Source of the DNA: a virus
Virus record (IMG/VR): IMGVR_UViG_3300045988_127881
Length of the DNA: 64,000 nucleotides
Reading direction: 5' to 3' (one strand)
Each line of letters begins with the position of its first letter. The first letter of the stretch is position 1. Position numbers and translations under genes: made by a program. The notes beneath the pieces are model-generated. The model was not told where the DNA came from and did not search any database. It was given only the letters and a program-made list of their open reading frames with translations. Shown here one piece after another: positions 16,657 to 25,300 of this stretch.

Positions 16657-17037
16657 ATGGACAGACAACTAATGTTTTATTTCGGAACGAACGGGAGCAG
16701 TGATTATGTCCCCATTCCTGTTCGAGAGGGGGACATCTTGCCACTTTACCCTGAACACGATGCATGGGAAAATTTAGAACGCACCTTGTCCAATTTAGCA
16801 ATAAAAAAATATACTTTTTTCCGTGGCTATTTTCTGGGCACAGAGTGGACACTGTATCTCAAACCATGGTCGGTAGATGATGGAAGATGCGGAAGTTTTA
16901 CATCTCTATTCTGGGAGGGGGCGCACACCATTGAAGAAATTGAAGCTTTTATAAAGAAAACTCCATTTTTGCAGCGTCAGTTTAGTAAGCCTATTGATAC
17001 AAATAGATTTTGGACGGTGAACCATGCTGGCACTTAA
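16657..17037 (+). CDS. Hypothetical protein (126 aa)
   Basis: ORF track. Confidence 0.6.
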   Translation: MDRQLMFYFGTNGSSDYVPIPVREGDILPLYPEHDAWENLERTLSNLAIKKYTFFRGYFLGTEWTLYLKPWSVDDGRCGSFTSLFWEGAHTIEEIEAFIKKTPFLQRQFSKPIDTNRFWTVNHAGT

Positions 17038-17039
17038 AA

Positions 17040-17066
17040 AAGCCCCACCGTCACGGGGTGGGGCTT
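17040..17066 (+). terminator. GC-rich hairpin terminator
   Basis: AGCCCCACC / GGTGGGGCT directly after the stop at 17037. Confidence 0.6.
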
Positions 17067-17103
17067 ACCACGAGATTTAACTCTCGACTCTTTATCTACA
17101 ATA

Positions 17104-17183
17104 GTAGAAATTATGCTCATTAGAGCGTTTCAATCCTCAACCCTTGATAGGGTTGACAACGCAAAGGTAAGCATAATTTCTAC
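17104..17183. repeat. Perfect 14-bp inverted repeat enclosing the CRISPR-repeat-like unit
   Basis: GTAGAAATTATGCT (17104..17117) and AGCATAATTTCTAC (17170..17183). Confidence 0.9.
17127..17160 (-). CRISPR. Solitary CRISPR repeat-like unit, type I-C-like architecture (no array, no cas)
   Basis: Minus strand reads GTTGTCAACCCTATCAAGGGTTGAGGATTGAAAC: 8-bp stem, 4-nt loop and a GGATTGAAAC tail, as in I-C repeats recalled from memory. Confidence 0.5.
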
Positions 17184-17230
17184 AAGTTGTATCAATCAAA
17201 TCAATTTTATCACTAAAAAAATCAGAAATT

Positions 17231-17812
17231 ATGACGACCAATTTATCTTTATCAAAGGTCTTTGACACACTCGTAAAACGCGAAGATGGCATATTGCTTT
17301 GCAAACACAGCGAAATCTATTGTGGTGCATTCGGCTCTCAACTCTGCGATTGGGATATTCTTATCAAAGATGACTACGGCCAGCTTTGTCACCCCAACGA
17401 ACAACTCAACTATTCTGATGCCTGGTTAGAGGACATGTACGAAAAAGTCGAGCCAGGCGACGAGGACGACGATACGCTCTATATGAACACCGATTTTGGC
17501 GAAGATAAAATACCCGTTCGCAAACTTCACGAAATCCCATCAGACATATTGCAGACTTTCGTCGATGTCGAACATGGCATCAATCGTGACGAAATCTGCA
17601 TTACAGACGATGAGGTTTTGCATGGCAAGGTATACCAAGCACCATGCTGCATACAGCAGTCGTACCCAAATCGTCCATACGAAGATGCCTTCCTTTTCGT
17701 AGGTGAGGACGGAGAAGAAATCTACATCAATCGCACATGCCCATTCTTTGAAGATGAAAGCAGAGATGTGTTTGAAGAAATAACAAAAGAGGAATTTGAA
17801 ACATTCTGCTAA
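17231..17812 (+). CDS. Hypothetical acidic protein (193 aa)
   Basis: ORF track. Confidence 0.65.
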   Translation: MTTNLSLSKVFDTLVKREDGILLCKHSEIYCGAFGSQLCDWDILIKDDYGQLCHPNEQLNYSDAWLEDMYEKVEPGDEDDDTLYMNTDFGEDKIPVRKLHEIPSDILQTFVDVEHGINRDEICITDDEVLHGKVYQAPCCIQQSYPNRPYEDAFLFVGEDGEEIYINRTCPFFEDESRDVFEEITKEEFETFC

Positions 17813-17829
17813 TATTAAAACCGGCAAAC

Positions 17830-18114
17830 ATGAACGATAATATTATCACCCAGTTAGGGTACAAAATTGAAATGAGCATTAGCGGTTATTACCGCCTAAT
17901 GAAAAACAATGAGGTCATCTATGACGACTCTGCCTGTGACGACCTGAACGAAGATTATGACACCGCATCATCTTTCTTTGAAAGCTACCTTAATGAGTAT
18001 GCAAAAGTATACGAATATAAAGGGCACAATGTCGTGGAAGATGAGAAATTCTACCACATCGGAAAAGAGAGCTTCAACAAGTCAGAGTGGACTCTTGACG
18101 AAGCAATAGATTAA
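17830..18114 (+). CDS. Hypothetical acidic protein (94 aa)
   Basis: ORF track. Confidence 0.6.
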   Translation: MNDNIITQLGYKIEMSISGYYRLMKNNEVIYDDSACDDLNEDYDTASSFFESYLNEYAKVYEYKGHNVVEDEKFYHIGKESFNKSEWTLDEAID

Positions 18115-18153
18115 GTAACAAACGCTGCGCTATCGGCATGACGGGCAACTATT

Positions 18154-18660
18154 ATGGCATACTTAAATAAGGCACAGTACGATTACAGGAGAGAGTCGGC
18201 AGCAGCACGCAATATCAGTAACGAAGAAATTGCAGTGCAGAATGGCATGACAGAGAAACAGGCCGAACTTATCAGCGAACTTGCAGCACAACGCCACGAG
18301 ATGCACTGCAACATAGATAGACTCGTGTGCGACGGCTCTTATGACAAGATAGGCGAAACACTCGCGTTAACAAACGAAGAGATAAAGATGTCGGGGCTGC
18401 CACCCGTATGCGGATTGGACGATTTGTCTCACTGTCTATCAGAGACAATGGCTTACATCGATATAGACGACCTTGATTTGCTGTTCGAGACTGTACAGTT
18501 CCCCGATGATGATGACGAGAGAGAGCAAAAAATCGCGGAAGAATCCGAGAGAATATATGACGAGTGGGAAAACCTGAATGGCAATATAGAGAAATATCTC
18601 GCCATGATTGATAAAAAGTACGGCACTTCTTGGTGTCCTACTGGTGCTTTGAGGGTCTAA
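18154..18660 (+). CDS. Hypothetical acidic protein (168 aa)
   Basis: ORF track. Confidence 0.65.
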   Translation: MAYLNKAQYDYRRESAAARNISNEEIAVQNGMTEKQAELISELAAQRHEMHCNIDRLVCDGSYDKIGETLALTNEEIKMSGLPPVCGLDDLSHCLSETMAYIDIDDLDLLFETVQFPDDDDEREQKIAEESERIYDEWENLNGNIEKYLAMIDKKYGTSWCPTGALRV

Positions 18661-18675
18661 ATCATCAAAATAAGT

Positions 18676-18702
18676 AACTCGGTGGCCTGCTACCACCGAG
18701 TT
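18676..18702. terminator. Hairpin between convergent genes
   Basis: AACTCGGTGG / CCACCGAGTT between 18660(+) and 18710(-). Confidence 0.6.
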
Positions 18703-18709
18703 CCACACT

Positions 18710-19228
18710 TCAACCATTCTGCCTGCGCTTGTGCTTTACGTAAAGTGGGCAGTCCTTACACGTCAACGGCAAGTAGGTGTGCACAGTCTTTTCCTCCTTG
18801 TCCACCTCGTCTTTTTTCATCTGAGTAAGGTCGGCATATTTCATCAATATGTCTGCACGCTTCGGGTCATTCGCTGGCATCTTGAAAGCTATACGCACAA
18901 GTTCGCTCATCACATCTTCCTTGCTCATCTGTCTGGCGGCATCTATGCTGTCAAATTCTTCCTGTATGGCATTATCCACAGCCTTGCTCGCCTCCTTGTC
19001 CGCTTTCTTCTTTGCCTTCATTATGTAGTTGGCAAAAACCTCCCTGTCTACTATTTCTTTCATTTTTTGCTTGTGCCATTCGTCACTATATGCAGCACCA
19101 GGGCCGTATATCAGCACATAGGCATCTTGCTCTTTCCAGCCCATCAAAGTCAAGTCGGCCATAGCCCTCTCGCGCGCGTCAAGCCCTATTTTGCCGTTTG
19201 CGGTCTTAAATCCTTTCGTATAATCCAT
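18710..19228 (-). CDS. Possible small terminase subunit-like protein (172 aa)
   Basis: Pattern ...YSDEWHKQKMKEIVDREVFANYI ... SKEDVMSELVRIAF...KRADILMKYADL resembles Terminase_2-type TerS by eye. No TerS lies next to terL. Confidence 0.35.
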   Translation of the reverse strand: MDYTKGFKTANGKIGLDARERAMADLTLMGWKEQDAYVLIYGPGAAYSDEWHKQKMKEIVDREVFANYIMKAKKKADKEASKAVDNAIQEEFDSIDAARQMSKEDVMSELVRIAFKMPANDPKRADILMKYADLTQMKKDEVDKEEKTVHTYLPLTCKDCPLYVKHKRRQNG

Positions 19229-19281
19229 ATTTCAAAAAATAAAGTAGTACTTTTGTAGCGTCAATCTTCATTGACACCAAA

Positions 19282-19303
19282 ATTTATTGGTTTTTTTTGT
19301 TAA
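19282..19303 (-). promoter_or_regulatory. Leader-motif-like copy on the minus strand
   Basis: Minus strand reads TTAACAAAAAAAACCAATAAAT, 54 nt upstream of the ATG at 19228. Confidence 0.5.
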
Positions 19304-19307
19304 TAGT

Positions 19308-19336
19308 AGCCCAGGCTAAAAGCCTGGGCTTTTTTT
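19308..19336. terminator. Hairpin terminator at the end of the tape measure gene
   Basis: AGCCCAGGC / GCCTGGGCT. The T-run lies on the plus strand and the A-run on the minus strand. Confidence 0.6.
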
Positions 19337-22300
19337 ATGTCTTAATGCGAACAGCCTTTCCACCATTACCCAATGTCAGCACACTGTTCAAGGCCGATTG
19401 TATGTTCTTTGCAGCCTCAGCGTTCGAGCGTGTATTAGCTTCTATCAGCTTCGCTTGTTGCACAATGGCATTAAGCTGCTTCAGCTGCTGCTCTGCAAGC
19501 ACATTCATCTGCGGAAAGGCTACCTCTACCACCTGTTTAAGCATGTCTCTGCTCATGCTCACATCTGCACGAATGGCGTTGATGTACGACGCAAGCAGCG
19601 AACCCGTCTCTTCTGTTAAACCTTTGATTGACGACGACATTGACGAAGAACTGCCAGAACTTGACAGCGCACCATCGGTACGTTCATTCACACCATCGCG
19701 CACCTTTTTTGAGTCTTCCACAAGCCTTGGCCCTACGTTGTCTCGGAAATCCACAATAAGGTCTATCACTTTATTTATAGAGTCGGGGTCATTCAAGTCG
19801 TAAGCCGCCTCTACCGCCTTCGACAACTTCTCCAGTTCTGGCATAATAATAGCTTGCGCAATTACATTCTTCGTTATGGTGTCAAGCAAATCGTTCACGC
19901 TGTTCGCAAACACCTCTGCCGCGTCTTGTCCATTCTTGAAGGCATCAACCAAGGCAGAAGACAAACTATTGGCAAAACTCGTAAAATCAATGCCGTATAT
20001 TTCTTTAAGCACATTCGATTTGAACTCGTTAATCTGTTCTGTTATTTCTTCAGCTTGCTTTTGGTAATCATCTGCTTTTGCTTTATCACCACTCTTGCCG
20101 TTCCTTTCTGTGTCGGCAGCGTCCAGAAGCTTATTCCTTTGCTGAACCAGTAGAGCATATTGAGCACCCAAGGCAGTTATATTCTTTGCCTTGTCATATC
20201 CCTCTTTCTTTAGTTCTTCACCATCATCTTTGTATTTTTTCTCCATGTGCGGTACGCCGTTTCCACCAAACGTAAATACCATATCATACCTTCTACTTGC
20301 CTCTACCATCTGCTTCCCGTCATTTTCACTTATGCCTTTTAGCATTTCGCTTACATCATTATAACGACCAACGTGGCTCTTTTCGTAATTTGCGGCAAGT
20401 TCCTGTGGACTTGTATAAATACCATACTTATTTACAATCTTGCCAAAATTTTCGGCTGCACTCCCTGATGTTTCAGATTCATAGGCATACCTTTCAGCCC
20501 TTTCGTGGGTTATTGCCCCAAACAAGTTAAAAAATGCAGATGCTGCACTTGTGAGAGAAGCAGCACCACCCAAAAAGTCACCACTCAAAAAGCTACCTGC
20601 TGCATCAGTTAAGTTTCCACCAACAGCACTTACAGTTTGGAGACCTTTTGCAAATTTATAAAAAGTAGAAGACTCACCTTTATACACACCTCCAGACATC
20701 TCCATAAGATTGTCTGCAATGCTACCTAATTTAGAAAATTCTTCCGCCACTTTTGAAAATGTATCAGAAGTATCATTTATAAGCTTCAAAAACCTCATGG
20801 CGGCGGCCAGGTGTTTCTCGGCGGCCTTCTTCTCTTTCTTCTTAGTGTCCTCGTCGTCTTTTAATTTTTTATGTTGTTCACTAAGAGAACTATCATTCCC
20901 AATCTGTTCGCCATATCTGAACTCAAAATCCTTCCTTTTCTCTGATGAATTAGCATAATCCACATTAGCTTTCTCGTACTTGGCCTTGTAGTGGTCCACA
21001 GACCATTGCGCTGCACCCTTTCTGCCTTCAAGGAAAAACTTACGGCTCTTAGTCGTATCGTTCTCCTTCTTTTCCTTCTGCTCGTCAAGCTTCTGCAAGT
21101 TGTCGTAATAGTCCTTTGCCGACATCTTGCCATCTTGAAACGCCTTGTCCAAATAGCCCCTTATCGTACTGTACACCGATTGCATGGTCTGTTCCGACAT
21201 CGACAGCACAGCCTGGAAGAACGTCATGTAGTCGCTGCCCTTCTGAAATTCCTCCCATTCCAATTTGCCAAGCTCTTCAAGGGCCTGCTTGTTACGCTCG
21301 CCAACAAGACGCGCTACCACGTCGGGCGGAAGCTTCTCGCCCATTTTCTCATTTAGCTTCGCAAATCTGGTTTCAAGTTTTTTTATAAGCTTTTCCTGCG
21401 TCTTGTATTCTTTTGTCTCTGGCTTCAAAAAATCAAGCCGTTCTTTTGCATAATCAAGACTTGTCTTTGTCTCGTCATATTGCGCTTTTAATTCATTATA
21501 CCCTCGTCCTTGCTCACGAATAGTTGCAACATCTTTCTGTTTCTTTTTCTCTACCGCATTTACCTTTTCGGCATAGTCTCGCGAACTCTTATACAAATCC
21601 GTAAACAGCTTGTCATTCTCACTCTTTATTTCCTTGTTGGCCTTCTGATAAGCCTCCACCAATTTCAGCACAGGACTGTATGCCTCGGCATTGTACCCAT
21701 ACGCTTTCTTTATCTCTTCCGTGTTCATTCTTAACACATCGTCCCATGCTTCCACACCCGAAGGCGTATTGTGAGACATGACAAACCCCAATCTCTCATA
21801 CATATCGTCCGCCATGTTCGTATGGTCATAATGGCCGTAGTCTTGACCGAACGCAAACCTTCCAGCGAGTTCTTTCGTAAACCCACCTTCTTGCAGCGTC
21901 TTGAATCTCGACCAAGCATCGCCAGCCCTGTCCAAGGCAGCCTCCAAGGTCTTCACTTGCTCGTCAAGCTTGTCCTTGTCCACTTGGAACGATATGTCAA
22001 ATTTTTCTCGCTCTATTTCGTCTATCAGCTTTTTCAGTGCGTCGCTTTTAGGCTTTATGCTGCCCTTCAACTTCACAAGCATCTTCTTATAGGCTGCCAC
22101 AAATTCCTCTCGGGTCTTTGCGGCATCGGGTATGAAATCTTTCTTGAACAGACCGCTATCCTTGATTTTATTCAAAGCACCCACGTCGCCATACAAGTCA
22201 CGAAGCTTCTCAAACACGTCTTTCACACGCTTCAGCTGGTTGTATTCTTCTTGCTTCTTTTTCTCATATTCTCTTAGCTGCTTCTCTTCTTCTCTTTGTC

Positions 22301-25300
22301 GCTTTTCCCTGGCTCTTCGCGCTTTTTCCGCAGCCTGGTTGTCTTTCTTGTTTAATTTTGCTTCTGTCTCCGACAATGCCCAAGGATTTACTCTTCTGAG
22401 TGCTTCCTTGTTCATCTCAATGTTATTCTCTATATTCTTTATTAGCTGGTCATTCCTTTTATTCTTCGCTGTTACAGTTTTCAGATACCGCAATCTTTCC
22501 GTGTCACGCTCTATGTTCGCCTGCCAGCCTTTTATCATTTCGTCTGTGCTCATGGCAGGGTCTGTCGGGCGTAGTAAAAAGTATTTCGCAGAGTCACCTT
22601 TTCCAGAAGGAAAGGCCGTGTCAAAAGTCTCTTGTGCATTACTTTTTACTGCTGTCTGTGGCGTGTTCAGCATATTGAACTGTATACCAATCCTAATCAT
22701 CAACTCGCTCGATGCAGCATTACACATCTGTCGCAGCTTAGCCTTGTAACCGTCAAACTGTTGCGGCAACTCGTCTATCATTCTGTTTATGGCTTCCTTT
22801 TGCGACTGACTGAAACCCTTCGACAGGTCTTTCCCCTCAAAGAGCTTCTTCGTCTTTTCTTGCATCAAGTCCATCAGTGCGTCCATCGCTGTGCTTTGCT
22901 GCTGCCATGTCGCATCACTCGAGGCCCTATACCTGCTTTCCATTTCAGCTATCATGGCCTGTGTTTCCTCCGCACCAAGCTTATGAAGGTTCGCATAATC
23001 CTGTATGTACGACACCATCTGCATGTGTCCAGCGTCAGTCAATGCGGTTATTTTCTGACCGTTATTCAATGTTTCGGTCACAACAGCACTCGAGTCGGAG
23101 TTTAACTGCGCCATTATGACAGCTGATGCCGAGGCCATGTCTGCGGCGAACACATCGTATGCTTGCTTGCTATCATGAATAGCATCTGACAGGTCTTCCA
23201 TAGAACCACCTAATTCAAACTCCCTGGTAGGATGATGAGTGGTGTTTGGATATTTCTGATTGAAATCATATATTGACTGCACAAACCCCTTTGAGTCACC
23301 AATACCTTTATAATATTCAAGTTCGCGCCTCAATTCCGCCAAGTCTTTCTTATATTGACTCGGCCCGTTTTTCTGTTTTAATTTTGCCCAATATGAATCT
23401 TGTTCGTTAAACCATTTGTCCATGTCGTCTTGCGACACCTTTGCCGACTCTTTCTCCACATCTCGCAGAGATTTAACGTATTCCTTAACGTTCTGATGCA
23501 ACTGGTCATCTGGTCCCCAGTCGTCTGTCTCGTCGTCTATCGCGTCCGACACCGATGCGGCATTATACTTTACCTTGTTCGCAGCTTCGGCAGCTTCTTC
23601 TGCTATTTTCTTCAGATATTTCAACCTTTTCGCCATGTCTGTTATAGAGTCCGCATGGTTCAAGGCAAAATCCACATTTATTGGCGAGTTGCGCAACTGC
23701 TCGGTATAGGCGTTCACAAGGTCTGCTATTTGCGTTTCATTCTTTGAACTTATCGCTATTTCAATCGGGTTCGCGTCAACAAAGTCTTTCAGTTCCTTGT
23801 AAGCTTGCTTGAAGCCCTCCATGCTGTCTTTCGCATGGTCTTCACGCATGTTCTCGTCTTCCTTGTAGTTCGACCACAAACTAAATGCTGCTGTCAAGGC
23901 AAGCATCGGCCACATCGAAACAAGCATCGCTTTGATGGCAGAGCCTGCCATAAGGGCAGTATTCCAAATGCCTGTAAGAGCCATTTTTGACTTTGTCCAA
24001 AGCATCTTCATTCCAACACCACACTTGGCAAGGCTAAACGACATCTGATTAAATTCCTTGTTCAGAGCAATCATCTTGGTTCTCCACTGCTCAGCATGAG
24101 TTATATACGTCTTTATCCAATCCTTGTCTTTGGCACTTATTATCCGCTCACCTGTCTTGGGGTCATATTGCGGTGCGCCCATATATAACGGGGTAAGGCT
24201 GGCGGCACTCTGACCCTTCAGTATCAGTCTGCGAGCCTCTCGGCCAGCCGCTCTCCGCTCTCTGTGCGTCATGCCACTGTACCACGAGCCATCTGCTCTG
24301 TAAAAGCCCTGACTGACATTCTTCTTGTTCATCGCAACAACAAGCTCGTTATACGCCTCAGTCTGTGCTCTAACAGCCATGGTCTGCTGGTTTATCATGG
24401 CCGAAGTCGAAGCCGCACGCTGGCTCATAAATGCAGCCACACGCCCCTTGGCCGCGAGCAAACCGTATGCTGCGACCGCACCAATTATCACGTTTCCGTA
24501 CAATTTCCAGTTTAATATCGCTTTCGTCAGCAAGGAAATTGCACCTTTCAACACACCCTTGTTCGATGTCTCTAATTCCGAGTAGGCTATCTCTATACTA
24601 TCTTTCAGGTTCGACCACTTGCCAGCTACGCTGTCGCTAAGCTTCTCCTGCATCTTATAAAACTTGCCGCCCTCGCTCGTGTACTTGTCTATTATCTCCT
24701 TTACATCTTCAAAGCGCACTTGCTTTTCCGACACCATGTTATACACATCGCCTGCCGATATTTGCTGGCCTCTCTCCTTGGTGTATTTGTTGGCCAATTC
24801 TTGCACAAGGGGTATACCTGCCTCCGTAAATTGGCGCAACTCAGGGCCTTTCAAGAACTTTGCAGTAAACACCTGGCCGTAGGCAAGGATTACACGGCCC
24901 ATGTCCACACCGATACCTGCCGACAAGTCTGCCAGCCGCTTTGTCGTGTCGTATATGTCTTTATATTCAAATCCGAATGATGCAAGTTGCTTCGTGAAAT
25001 TCGTCAGTTCACCAAAGGTAAAGGGCGATTGCACTGCAAGGTTCTGTATCTTTGAATACATCGTATCGGCCTTCAATTTGCTGCCGAACAAAGCTCCGAG
25101 CGCAATCTTCTGCTTTTCAAACTCGCCACCTATCTGTATCAGATTGTCCAAAAACTGCTTTGCGCCATATATTGAGAATATGTTCTGCAACTGGTCACGG
25201 AGCCAGCCGCCTCTGCTGCCAACATTCTGCATCTCGCTTACAATGTTGCGCAGGTCTCTCGCATATCCGCCAGCATTCAGCTTGCTCAATTTTATGTTCG

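Noticed and set aside
17104-17183. A genuine CRISPR array or mini-array.
   Set aside because: There is only one repeat-like unit and no second copy anywhere in the 64 kb. It is reported as a solitary repeat instead.
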